Shown: positions 19,245 to 29,031 of the stretch, one piece after another
Layout: the number at the start of each line of letters is the position of its first letter
How positions within the stretch are numbered: the stretch's first letter is position 1
NCBI GenBank assembly: GCA_044222185.1
Contig: JBGANV010000001.1
Location: 1,696,001 to 1,760,000 of the forward strand
Reading direction: 5' to 3'
Length of the DNA: 64,000 nucleotides
Source: Planctomycetota bacterium
GTDB taxonomy: Bacteria > Planctomycetota > GCA-002687715 > CAIWVZ01
The notes under the pieces: model-generated
What the model was told of the DNA's origin: nothing
The model's database searches: none
The model's input: only the letters and a program-made list of their open reading frames with translations
Position numbers and translations under genes: made by a program

Positions 19245-20543
19245 TCACGTGCAAACGTTGCGCAGGGTCGGAACGAACCCCGGAAGCACCGTGGAGAGCG
19301 CCGGCGTTCCCAGCCGATCGAGCAGGACTTCGGCCAGGATGTCTCGGTAATCGATGGTGATCGCCAGGTCCTGCCCCTGGAAAAGCTGCGCGGGCGCCAG
19401 TCCGGGCCAGTTTGCCACGACCTGCCCGCCAGCGACGCTCGCGCCCAGCAGCATCATCACGCCTCCGTAACCGTGATCCGTTCCGTGGTTGCCATTCTCG
19501 GCGGCGACGCGCCCGAACTCGGACATCACCACGACCGTGACGCCTGGGTCGCCGGAGGCGAACAGGTCGGCATGGAACGCCCCCATCGACGTGGCGAAGT
19601 CCGTCACGAGCGACGCCATCGTCCCGCTGAAAACACCCTGCGTGCCGTGGGTGTCCCAGTCGCGGAAGTCGACGGTCGCCACCTCGATGCCGACCTGCGC
19701 CTTGAGCAGAGTCGCCAGATTCTTCAGGGAGACTCCGAGCGGAGTCGACGGGTAAATCGCACCACCAGCCGGCTGGTATCCGTTGAAGTCGATCTGCCCG
19801 ATCAGGTCGATGGCCGCCAGGGTGTTGGCGCCCGCAGCCTGGACGAGCGGCTCCTGCATCGCATACAGCGCGCCGAGGATCTGGCGGCGCTGCGCCGCGC
19901 TGGCCGCACTGCCAGCAAGCCCGAACGTGGCGAGGTCGGCGATCGGCAGAGACTTGGGCGCGGCACCCATGGACCACGGCGGGATCACGCCGAGTGAGAC
20001 TCCGCGAAGAGGTGCCGACGGATCGAGGGGGGCGATCGTCGAGAGGTGCCGCGCGAGCCACCCCGATCCGGCACTCGGGTTCGGGTCGGCCACCTCGACG
20101 AGGCGTTCCTTGTCGAAGTGCGAGCGCGACGGATTCGGCAGACCGGTGGCGTGAACGAATGCGAGGCGCCCGGCGTTCCACGCGGGCAAGAGCGGCGCGA
20201 GCAACGGGTGCATGCCGAAGAAGCCGGTGAGCGGGATCGCCGCATTGGGCGACCCTGGCGACGGCGGCGGCACGGCGAGCGTCGGACGCAGCGTGTAGTA
20301 GTGCGGATCCGCGAACGGGACACAGAGGTCCAGTCCGTCCGCCCCACCGCGAAGGAAGATCACGACGAGCCGATCCCGGTTTCCTCTTCGACGTCGCTCC
20401 GGACGCGACGGAGCTCCGGAGGCCGAAGGCGTGATCGCCGCGGCGGCCGCCAGGGCCGTCGCCGCAGTCGTACCGAGGAACTGGCGGCGGCTGAGTCGAT
20501 GCGTTTCCATCGAGGTTCGGCGATCGGGACGATTGGAGTTCAT
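19245..20543 (-). CDS. DUF1501 domain protein, Tat-exported
   Basis: SRRQFL Tat motif, LVVIFLRGGADGL, SRSHF, WDTH, SEFGR..ENG..GTDHG, DYRDI. GGAAGG RBS. Confidence 0.92.
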   Translation of the reverse strand: MNSNRPDRRTSMETHRLSRRQFLGTTAATALAAAAAITPSASGAPSRPERRRRGNRDRLVVIFLRGGADGLDLCVPFADPHYYTLRPTLAVPPPSPGSPNAAIPLTGFFGMHPLLAPLLPAWNAGRLAFVHATGLPNPSRSHFDKERLVEVADPNPSAGSGWLARHLSTIAPLDPSAPLRGVSLGVIPPWSMGAAPKSLPIADLATFGLAGSAASAAQRRQILGALYAMQEPLVQAAGANTLAAIDLIGQIDFNGYQPAGGAIYPSTPLGVSLKNLATLLKAQVGIEVATVDFRDWDTHGTQGVFSGTMASLVTDFATSMGAFHADLFASGDPGVTVVVMSEFGRVAAENGNHGTDHGYGGVMMLLGASVAGGQVVANWPGLAPAQLFQGQDLAITIDYRDILAEVLLDRLGTPALSTVLPGFVPTLRNVCT

Positions 20544-20595
20544 GGGATGCACCTTCCGCGCGGCGATCGACTCGTCGCCGCGACCGTACCTGGAG

Positions 20596-21939
20596 TCAGA
20601 TGTACTGAACGGACGGAAAGGCCGCGGCCAGACCCGCCGCGTCGACCTTCTTCTGCTGCGTGAGCGCGCCGGTGGCGAGGAAAGTCGTGAGCTGCGTCCG
20701 CTCGGCCGCCGGCATCTCGCTCCCGAACCAGGTCGCATCGATGCGATCGACGACTTGCACCACGGTCGACGTTCCGGCGAAGAAGGTCGTCAGGTTCGCC
20801 GTGGTGTCCCAGATCACCCCGGAGAACAACGTGGGCGCCGCGTTCCACCGGGGAAGTACCTGTCCCGCCCACTGCGCGATCCCATCGGGGTATCCGGTGG
20901 GTGGATGGCATTGATAGGGAACCTGTCCCGCGGCGGCGATGTAGCTGCGGATCCAGTTCGTCCCGGTGAACGTGAGGGAGAGCGGCCGCAGGATCGACAT
21001 CCAATAGTGGAAAGGGCGTTTGTACTTGGGTCGCGCAGCCGCCAGATGCTCGGCCTTCAGGCAGGTGCGGATCATCGCGCGGATGTCGCCCCCCGTGTCC
21101 AGGTACGCGTCGCGGACCGCATCCACGACGCGCTGGGCGACCGTCTCCCCGTGGAAGAAGCGGGCGAGCTTCTTCGCGACGAACGCCGCGGTGTTCGGAT
21201 GATCGGCGAGGATGTCCAGGACCTTGAACCCGTCCTGCATGCCGCCACCGGCGGCAATCACGTTCCCCAGAACGACCTTCTGCCCGTTGTCGTGCGCTGC
21301 GGGGTCGAAGTGGAACAACGCCGACGTCGGCGAACTCCCGAAGCCGTTCAATCCCCACCCGGTGAAGCAGCGGGCCACCTCGATGACGTCCTGCTGCGTG
21401 TAGCCGTTGTCGACGCCGAGCGTGTGAAGCTCCAGCAGCTCTCGCGCGTAGTTCTGGTTCGGCTGGATCGCCGTGCTGAGTTGGTTGTCGAGATAGAACA
21501 TCATCGCCGGCGACGTCGCGACGGCACGAAGCAGGCTCGGAAACGTGCCCATCGCGTTCGGCCGGATCGTGAGTCGGTCGTAGACGGGCTGCGTGTTCCA
21601 CACGTAGGGCTTGGTGATGTCGACGTTGAAGTGGTCCGTCCAGAACTCGACGACGCGTTCGAAGAGCTGGCGCGCCGAGTACAGGCTCCGCATCACCTGG
21701 GCTTCGTACATGAGCCCGACGACGGTGACGTCGGACCACGCCCAAAGCTGTGCCGACGTCATCGGCAGGATCTGGTTCGGCGCGAGGATCGCGTCGCACG
21801 CCGAGTCGTCGATCGCCGTGGGGTCGAGCTGCTGATCGAGCCAACCCTGGTACCCGAGCGACGTCACGGCCGTGACGTCCGCCGGCGTGATCCCCATGGT
21901 CCCCCGCCGCAAGAGCTTCTTCCTGAGATCAGCTGGCAT
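20596..21939 (-). CDS. DUF1800 domain protein
   Basis: QLFERVVEFWTDHFNV, SPAMMFYLDN, PNQNYARELLELHTLGVD.GYTQQDV.EVARCFTGW. Directly upstream of DUF1501. Confidence 0.92.
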   Translation of the reverse strand: MPADLRKKLLRRGTMGITPADVTAVTSLGYQGWLDQQLDPTAIDDSACDAILAPNQILPMTSAQLWAWSDVTVVGLMYEAQVMRSLYSARQLFERVVEFWTDHFNVDITKPYVWNTQPVYDRLTIRPNAMGTFPSLLRAVATSPAMMFYLDNQLSTAIQPNQNYARELLELHTLGVDNGYTQQDVIEVARCFTGWGLNGFGSSPTSALFHFDPAAHDNGQKVVLGNVIAAGGGMQDGFKVLDILADHPNTAAFVAKKLARFFHGETVAQRVVDAVRDAYLDTGGDIRAMIRTCLKAEHLAAARPKYKRPFHYWMSILRPLSLTFTGTNWIRSYIAAAGQVPYQCHPPTGYPDGIAQWAGQVLPRWNAAPTLFSGVIWDTTANLTTFFAGTSTVVQVVDRIDATWFGSEMPAAERTQLTTFLATGALTQQKKVDAAGLAAAFPSVQYI

Positions 21940-22262
21940 GGTCTGCGAGCCTCGTTCGGGTGATCCGGGTCTCGGGACGGAGGGGATCCGCCGACGACAC
22001 CGCCATCGCGCCTTCACGCCGCGACGTGAAGGCGACGGCCCGTCTGATGGAACAATGCACGAGGTGTGGAGATCCAACGCGGTTTTCGGATGGGCTCGCC
22101 CGTGCACCGTTCGGTGCGACCGCCGCGGCCCCGGCGCGACGAACACGGCCCGCCGCGGCGCCCCGTCGATCGCCGGCGCTCCAGTTGACATCTTCATGAG
22201 CCGGTTCATGATCTGGACGATCGCGCCCGACCCACACGCGCCGCGACTCCACGCGCCCGACG

Positions 22263-22856
22263 ATGAGCTCAGCTCCAACGCAAATACACGACACGCTCGC
22301 GCGCTGGCAGGAGCACGGCGACGTCGACGCGCTCGACGTCATCCTGCGGACGGAGATCCGCGCCCTGCGCGACCTCGTCGCCACGCACGGGCAGACGATC
22401 CTCACGGGCTCGACGGGCCCTTCCGACATCGCGCAGCAAGCCGTCCTGAGACTGCTCCAGATGGAATCTCCGCCCGTGTTTCGCGACGTGTCGAGCATGC
22501 GGGCGTACTTGTGGCTCACCGCCTGGCGCCTCTTGCTTCAGCGGCTGCGCCGCCCGGTGCGGCGCCTGACGAGGATCGATGAGTCCGTCCTCGACAATCT
22601 GGAGGACCCGGCGCAGGCCGAAGACCTGGCTCTGCGCCTGAGTCAGAGCGAGCGTGATCTCGCGCTCCAAGTCGCCGTCAATCTCCTCCCCGATGCGGAC
22701 CGCGAGATCATCGAGTGGGTCTACTTCGAGAAGACGAGCGTGCAGGAGGTGGCGGCCCGGATCGGCATGACCGAGTCGGCGACGTCGATGCGCCTCACGC
22801 GAGCGCGCCGCAAGCTCGCCGCCCGTCTCGAGGCATGGAAAGAAACGCTCCCGTGA
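22263..22856 (+). CDS. ECF sigma factor
   Basis: Sigma2 (GD.DALD..., SDIAQQA..., RAYLW) and sigma4 (LPDADREII...SVQEVAARIGMTESATSMRLTRARRKL). Stop overlaps the kinase start (GTGA). Confidence 0.88.
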   Translation: MSSAPTQIHDTLARWQEHGDVDALDVILRTEIRALRDLVATHGQTILTGSTGPSDIAQQAVLRLLQMESPPVFRDVSSMRAYLWLTAWRLLLQRLRRPVRRLTRIDESVLDNLEDPAQAEDLALRLSQSERDLALQVAVNLLPDADREIIEWVYFEKTSVQEVAARIGMTESATSMRLTRARRKLAARLEAWKETLP

Positions 22857-25800
22857 GCGGGGGCGCCGGGGACTCATCCTCGGGTTCGACGGCAGACGAG
22901 CTACTCCATCGAATGCTCTCCGGTGATGCCGTGGACATCCCCGCGGAGCTCGCGCGTCGCCCGGAGGTCGCTGGCGACGACCGGCGGATGCTGGAGAACG
23001 TGGGCGCACTGCTCGGACACGCGCCGCGCGCCAACGCCGACGCGGCGGGCCTCCCGCTCGGGTTGACGATCGGCGGCTTCAAGCTCGTGAGGAAACTCGG
23101 CGCGGGCGGGATGGGGACCGTCTACCTCGCAGAAGACCCCGCCACCGCACGCCACGTCGCCGTGAAGGTCCTACGTCCGGCAGTCGTCTGGTCGGAGGAG
23201 GTCCTCGCACGTTTCGACCGCGAGGCCCGGGCGCTGAGCCGAATCAAACACCCCTCCATCGTGCGATCGATCGGCTTCGGCGACGAGCGCGGCATCCGGT
23301 TCCTCGCCATGGAGTACGTCGACGGGCACGACCTCTCCGAGCTCCTCGCCGACGCGGAGAAGGCGCGCGCGCCGATTCCGTTGTCGCGCGTCCTCCATTG
23401 GTTCGCCGAGCTCGCTCGCGCCCTCGACGCCGCGCACTCCGCGGGGGTCATCCACCGCGACATCAAGCCGTCGAACATCCGGATCGCCGAGGACGGGCAC
23501 GCCGTCCTCATCGACTTCGGGCTGGTGAAGGCCGACGCCGACGCGAGCCTCACGATGACCGACGAGTTCCTGGGTTCGCCGCGCTATGCGTCCCCGGAAC
23601 AGCTCGGGTTCGGCCGCGCTCCCGTCGACGCGCGCTCGGACGTGTATTCGCTCGGAGTCTCGCTCTACGAGGCCGTCACGGGTCTTCAGCCGTTCCGTGG
23701 CCGCACGCCCGATGCGGTCCTCCCGCAGATCCTCTCCGGCGACTTCGAAACGCCGCGGAGGATCCGGGGCGAGATCTCGCGGGACCTCGAAGCGGTGATC
23801 CTGAAGGCCATCGAGCTGGATCCGGCCAGCCGTTACCAGTCGGCGGCCGCGTTCGCGGCGGACCTGGAATCCGTCATCGAGCTACGCACGCCCATGGCGC
23901 AGGTCCTGGGGCCGTTGCGAAGGTTCAGGCGGTGGACACGCAGGCGTCCCACGCGCGCAGCTCTCCTCGGGGGTGTGGTCATCGCGATCGCGGCCGGGGC
24001 GGCGTGGTACGGCGCCGTGCGATGGCGCAGCAGCCGAATCGTCGCATCGCTCGTCTCGAGCTCGTTGGCTTCGATCGAATCGGGCGACGTCGATCGCGCG
24101 ACGACGCTCCTGGACGATGCCCTGCGGCTCGATCCGTACGACACCCGCGCTCTCGTCGCGCGTGATTCGGCACTGCAAGCCAAGCGGAAGGCCGCAGCCG
24201 CGACCTTGGTTTCGGCCGCGCGCGCGGCTCGATCGCGCTTTCTCGCACTTCGCGATGAGCTGGCGACGATCGAGGCGACGCTCGAGGCCCTCCGTATCGA
24301 CATGGAACTCCGAAGCCTCACGCGCGAGGAACTCGACGTCGTCGAGCGGAGCGGCGGCAGCACTCGGAGTCAGCGCATCGAGGCGGAGGCCTCGTTCAAC
24401 GAGGCGACGGCGCTGGCGACGCGCGCCCTGGGGCTCGATCCCGAGTGTGGAGATGCCCGCTCCCTGCTCGCCGACCTCTATTTCGAACGTTGGAGCGAGG
24501 CCACGCGGTCCGGTGACGCCTCCGCCGCGGCGCGATGGTCGGCCCAGGTTCGTGATTTCGATCGCGAGGGACGACACCGTGATCGAATGAACCGGCACGT
24601 CGACGTGCGGTTCACGTCTGACCCGCCGGGAGCCGTCGTCCACTTGTTCCGCTATCGGGAGCAACGCGAGATCCGGCCCGCCGGAACACGACGGCTCATC
24701 CCCGTGCCGTGGGTTCCAGGCGGCGCGGCCGTCCGGCCGCCGACCGTGGAGCCCGGCACGACCTGCCTGCGAGTCCTGAACACGACCCAGGGGCTTGCAC
24801 GGGAAGACATCATCGTCGAGGTCGCGGGCATCCCGGTCGAAGGTGCCGTGTTCGCCGTGATCCACGACCGCTCGAGCCACGAGATTTCGCGAGTGAGGAC
24901 GATCGACGGAGAGCCCGTGATCGACGCCTGGGATGCCCTGCTGCGGATCCAGAACCCGCGCCCCACGGGCGACGCCCACGTGATCGCGATCAGCGACGGC
25001 GCGGACGACCGGGAGATCAGCGCGACCGATGCCGATCACTGCCCCGTCGATTTCGGCAACGCGGAGGCGGCGGTTCTCGTGCCAGGCGTGTCCGCGAAGC
25101 TGTGGCGCGACGGCAGGCTCGAGGAGCGAACGCTGCCGGGGAACGTGCGCGCCGTTCGAACGGCAGCGCCGCTTCTCGTCTCGGATGATTGCCGCGTGGG
25201 AGCGACGCCGACGCCGATCGTCGCGCTCGACCCCGGAAGCTGGATCGCGGTGGTCAGCGCGCCGGGATTCGAGACGCAGCGCTACCCGTTCCTCGTGGAC
25301 GACGAGTCGACGGAGATCCACGTCACGTTGCTCCCGTCAGGGTCGACTCCCGCGTGGATGCAGTGGATTCCTCCGGGACGCTCGCGGCTCGGCGCCCGCT
25401 CGGGGCTCGGGCGCGGTCAGCTCCCGGATCGCGTCCGCGACGTGCCGGGATTCTGGATGATGGTTCGAGAGCTCGTCGTGAGCGACGTCATCCCATTCCT
25501 GAACGATCCCTCCGTCTCCGGTGAATTGAAGGCAAAGCCGAGGGTGGTGCTCTCCTTCGGATCCAATGCGCCGACGATGTGGGATCGGTGGCTGCAGCAG
25601 GTCGACGGCGAATGGCGCGCGCGGCCCGGATCGGAAGCCCAACCCGTGAATGCCTTCGACCTGCGCCAGGCGCGAGCGTACGCGAACTGGTGCACCGAGC
25701 GGTACGCAGCCCCGAACCGTCGGCGCGCGTTCGGGGTCCCGACCGACGTGGAGTGGGAGCGCGCGGCTCGCGGCGTCGACGCGCGGGACTTTCCCTACGG

Positions 25801-26107
25801 CAACACGTTCTCGCCCCGATGGCAGAAGGGCGGCAGCTCCCGTGCGAACCAGATGATCGAGTCCTACGCGCAGTTCCCCGTCGATGAATCGGTCTTCGGG
25901 ATCTACGACATGGCCGGGTCCATGCTCGAGCCCGTCATTCCGACGGAGAGCTGGGACCCGGCCGTCGCCGGCTTCGACGCGACGATCCTCCGCGGGACGC
26001 CGTGGTCCTACCGGATCCCCCGCAAGATCTGGCGCTCGACCTGGAGCGAGAAGGGTGTCCCGAGCGTCGACGCCGGCGTGCGCCTCGTCATTCGCCCGGG
26101 GTCGTGA
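22853..26107 (+). CDS. Membrane Ser/Thr kinase with TPR-like helices, split PEGA-like domain and degenerate FGE-sulfatase domain
   Basis: LGAGGMGTVY, HRDIKPSNI, DFGL, GSPRYASPEQ. TM after RRRP. ALRLDP/ALGLDP TPR-like ends. PTDVEWERAARG..FPYGN, SVFGIYDMAG. Confidence 0.9.
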   Translation: MSGGAGDSSSGSTADELLHRMLSGDAVDIPAELARRPEVAGDDRRMLENVGALLGHAPRANADAAGLPLGLTIGGFKLVRKLGAGGMGTVYLAEDPATARHVAVKVLRPAVVWSEEVLARFDREARALSRIKHPSIVRSIGFGDERGIRFLAMEYVDGHDLSELLADAEKARAPIPLSRVLHWFAELARALDAAHSAGVIHRDIKPSNIRIAEDGHAVLIDFGLVKADADASLTMTDEFLGSPRYASPEQLGFGRAPVDARSDVYSLGVSLYEAVTGLQPFRGRTPDAVLPQILSGDFETPRRIRGEISRDLEAVILKAIELDPASRYQSAAAFAADLESVIELRTPMAQVLGPLRRFRRWTRRRPTRAALLGGVVIAIAAGAAWYGAVRWRSSRIVASLVSSSLASIESGDVDRATTLLDDALRLDPYDTRALVARDSALQAKRKAAAATLVSAARAARSRFLALRDELATIEATLEALRIDMELRSLTREELDVVERSGGSTRSQRIEAEASFNEATALATRALGLDPECGDARSLLADLYFERWSEATRSGDASAAARWSAQVRDFDREGRHRDRMNRHVDVRFTSDPPGAVVHLFRYREQREIRPAGTRRLIPVPWVPGGAAVRPPTVEPGTTCLRVLNTTQGLAREDIIVEVAGIPVEGAVFAVIHDRSSHEISRVRTIDGEPVIDAWDALLRIQNPRPTGDAHVIAISDGADDREISATDADHCPVDFGNAEAAVLVPGVSAKLWRDGRLEERTLPGNVRAVRTAAPLLVSDDCRVGATPTPIVALDPGSWIAVVSAPGFETQRYPFLVDDESTEIHVTLLPSGSTPAWMQWIPPGRSRLGARSGLGRGQLPDRVRDVPGFWMMVRELVVSDVIPFLNDPSVSGELKAKPRVVLSFGSNAPTMWDRWLQQVDGEWRARPGSEAQPVNAFDLRQARAYANWCTERYAAPNRRRAFGVPTDVEWERAARGVDARDFPYGNTFSPRWQKGGSSRANQMIESYAQFPVDESVFGIYDMAGSMLEPVIPTESWDPAVAGFDATILRGTPWSYRIPRKIWRSTWSEKGVPSVDAGVRLVIRPGS

Positions 26108-26161
26108 CGGAACCGCGCGACCAAACGGTACCCCGCAGCACGGGGCAGCGCGTTCGTCCGA

Positions 26162-28264
26162 TCAGATCCCCATCAACAGTCGGAGCGCGTTCGAGAACTG
26201 CATGCCCTGGGACCCGAAGATCACGGCCTGCACATCCACGCCAACCCCGGCGAAACCCGGGTCGGTGGGGAACGGCACGACGAAGTTCCAGGTGCCGGCA
26301 CCGTCCACCGACAGCGGGAAGAGGACGCCGGTTCCGAGGTTCGGAAGGTAGAGCGTGCACGAGCCGACCGACGAGTACACCGCGCCGAGGTTCGGAAGCG
26401 AGTAGAGCATGAGTCCCTGCCCGAGAGGCTGCGCCGTGAGCGTGATCGTCGCCACGCCCCCGAGGACCGGCGGTGCGCTCGCGGCGAGGACGGTCGTCGC
26501 GGGGCACCCGGCACCGATCTGCGCGAGTTGCGCAGGCGGCAGGATCGTCAGGTAGAACGATCCGGCGGGCGTCGCGGTCGTCGCAGACGCGACCCGGATC
26601 GTGTAGGTCGTCCCCGCCGTCGGCGTGAACGTCACCGCGGCGAGCTGTCCGCAGACGTCGTTGCTGCAACCCACGAGAACCGCCGAAGGCGCCCACACCT
26701 GGAGGGCCGAGTCCGAGAGCGTGCCTGGCGCGAAGCCCGCGGGCGTGCACGTCGACACGACGAGCGGCGAGTTCCCCGTCGCCGTGTAGCTGAAGAAGAC
26801 GTCGCGGCGCGGCGTGGGTGCACAGGCGAAGCCCGGGAAGAGCGCCGTGTTGTTCAGTGCCGGTCCCGCGCCCTCGTTGCTGAAGGGCAGGCCGCTCAAC
26901 CCCGACGGCGACGCCGGGTTGATTCCGTCGAACACCGAGACCGCTCCCGCGAAGACGTCATTCGCCGGATCGAACGCGAACGCGATCGAGTACGTGGCCG
27001 TTCCGCTCGGCGCGACGCGAAGGAAGTAGCGGGTACCTGCGGTGAGCGCGACTCCGGTGAAGGGTCCGGCGCCGCATACGGATCCGACGGCGGTGAGCGC
27101 CGAGCAATCAGCGCCCGAATACAACGCCATGGCAACCGCGCCAGTCTGCGTGAACGATGCGGTCCCGCTCACGACGGCCGTGTAGGTGAACCAGGTGTCG
27201 GGAGTCGACGCACCGAAACTCGAGCATCCCGTCGGATTCGGATTCGTTCCCGTTCCGATGCCGACCGGGGACAGGTTCGTCCCGATCGCAAGGGGGATCG
27301 CCTGCGAGCAGACGTCGTTCGGCGCGTCGTAGGTGAAACGGATCCGATGTGCGCGACCGTTCTCCCCCGCGACGCGCAGGAAGTACTGCGTCCCTGCCGC
27401 CAGTGCGACGTTCGTGAACGTCGCCGTCGTCCCGCACACCGTCCCGGTCTGCGTCAGCATCGAGCAGTCGCTGCCCGAGTAAAGTGCAAGCGCCGCTCCG
27501 CCGAAGCGCGAGAGGGTCCACAGGTGGGACTGCGTCGGCGTGAACGTGTACCAGACGTCCAGCGTCGTCGTCGTGAAATTGGCGCAGGTCACGGGCTGCG
27601 GGTCCGTCGGCGTCGCGCCCGAGTGAGATCCGTAGTTGTCCCCGAACTGCAGGGGCGAGGCCGACGCACACGTGTCGTTCGATGCCGGTCCGAAGATCGC
27701 GACGTTGTCGATGTTCCAGGAAGGGAAGTTCTGGAACGCCGAGCCGGTGCTCTGGTCGTACCCGAACCTCACCCGGAACGTGGGCCCGGAGTGCGCGGTC
27801 ACGTCGAAGACCTGGTTCGTCCAGTTCGAGTCCGAGGTCGTGCCGGTTGGGGCCCAGACGGCCACCCAGCTCGTCCCGTTGAACGCGTCGATGCGAGCGC
27901 CGAGGAGTCCATTGACCGTGTTGAGCCACCGCCGGTAGTGCAGGGTCACGGTCGCGAGTCCGCTCGTATCGATCACCGGACTCGTCAGCCAGTAGAACCC
28001 ATGTGAGCTGCCTCCGACGCTCCCCCCCACGTTGACGCCGGCCACGCCGCCGTGAAGAACGCCGTCCGCATCCGTGTCCGGGTCCGGGCCGAGGCCCGGG
28101 TACGGATTACCCGTGGACGCCTGTGCGGGGGCGATGTCCCAGTCCTGGCCCACGGTCCAGCCCGCGCCGTTGTCGTCGAAGCGCTCGTAGAAAACCACGT
28201 TCGACTGGGCCGACAGGATCGACGCACAAAAAACGACGACAGCAGTCAGTCTGATCGGATTCAC
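26162..28264 (-). CDS. Secreted protein: MAM/ConA-like domain, three NDxC-type repeats and canonical C-terminal module
   Basis: GGAGG RBS before GTG 28264 and signal peptide ILSA-Q. LTSPVID...FRVRFG...WNIDNV. Repeats NDTC, NDVC, NDVF. Tail GAGC...PPVLG...GSCTL...PTDPGFAG..QA...FSNALRLLMGI. Confidence 0.88.
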   Translation of the reverse strand: MNPIRLTAVVVFCASILSAQSNVVFYERFDDNGAGWTVGQDWDIAPAQASTGNPYPGLGPDPDTDADGVLHGGVAGVNVGGSVGGSSHGFYWLTSPVIDTSGLATVTLHYRRWLNTVNGLLGARIDAFNGTSWVAVWAPTGTTSDSNWTNQVFDVTAHSGPTFRVRFGYDQSTGSAFQNFPSWNIDNVAIFGPASNDTCASASPLQFGDNYGSHSGATPTDPQPVTCANFTTTTLDVWYTFTPTQSHLWTLSRFGGAALALYSGSDCSMLTQTGTVCGTTATFTNVALAAGTQYFLRVAGENGRAHRIRFTYDAPNDVCSQAIPLAIGTNLSPVGIGTGTNPNPTGCSSFGASTPDTWFTYTAVVSGTASFTQTGAVAMALYSGADCSALTAVGSVCGAGPFTGVALTAGTRYFLRVAPSGTATYSIAFAFDPANDVFAGAVSVFDGINPASPSGLSGLPFSNEGAGPALNNTALFPGFACAPTPRRDVFFSYTATGNSPLVVSTCTPAGFAPGTLSDSALQVWAPSAVLVGCSNDVCGQLAAVTFTPTAGTTYTIRVASATTATPAGSFYLTILPPAQLAQIGAGCPATTVLAASAPPVLGGVATITLTAQPLGQGLMLYSLPNLGAVYSSVGSCTLYLPNLGTGVLFPLSVDGAGTWNFVVPFPTDPGFAGVGVDVQAVIFGSQGMQFSNALRLLMGI

Positions 28265-28527
28265 CGCATGGCCTCCGTCCATTACCGACGCCCGGCTTCA
28301 CGTCGACACGGTGCCGACTGCGGAGAACCGGACGATCAACTCCCCTCCAGAGAGGCGGCGAACGGTCGAATGACAGCGGGTCGAAAAATCCGGGAGCCGG
28401 CCGCGAACACGGACGCCGCGAACGCCCGCGCCGTCGGGCAAGAACGAGCGCGATGACCTGGTCGGACCGCGGGTTCCGCGCCGCAATCGCCCCTCGCCCG
28501 CAAGGTCGGCTCCGCGCGATCGGACGG

Positions 28528-29031
28528 TCACTGCCCCTTGGCTCGCTGCCGCTCCCGCATCCTTCGGCCGCCATAGCGTCCGCGGGTGCAGAAGTCGCAC
28601 ACGCAAAATGGGGGCGTTCCATTGGAGCCGGGGCGGTAGCGCCACCCGAGGACCTGGGGCAGCCGGCGAACACGGTGGATCTCTCGGGCTTCGATCCGCC
28701 GCGGCACGATCACTTCCCATCCGCGCGGATCCTGCGTCGTGAGGAAGGCGCGAGTCGCGTCCGCCGCCGTCATCCAGCCGTGGGCCTTGCCGTAGTGTCC
28801 CACGTAGACGAGTTCGTCGTCGGGAATGCGGAAGTACACGCCGGCGAAAGGCGCCGCGTGGCTGCGCTTCAACTCCCGAAGCCATTGGTGCGACACGTAG
28901 AAGTTCCGTGTGACGGGCACTGAGTGGACGCCGGCGACCGGGCGTCCGACGGCAGCGCGGCCGCGTCGAATGCCGTTGCGTCGGATCCGCGCGACGCGCG
29001 CCTCGGGGGTCAGGTGAACGAACATGGCCAT
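28528..29031 (-). CDS. Conserved hypothetical protein, possible ADP-ribosyltransferase-like fold with C-terminal CxCxxC
   Basis: FVHLT.....RIRRNGI, SHQWLRELKR, WEVIVPRRI...EI, CVCDFC. Natural residue composition, unlike the shadow frames. Confidence 0.7.
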   Translation of the reverse strand: MAMFVHLTPEARVARIRRNGIRRGRAAVGRPVAGVHSVPVTRNFYVSHQWLRELKRSHAAPFAGVYFRIPDDELVYVGHYGKAHGWMTAADATRAFLTTQDPRGWEVIVPRRIEAREIHRVRRLPQVLGWRYRPGSNGTPPFCVCDFCTRGRYGGRRMRERQRAKGQ

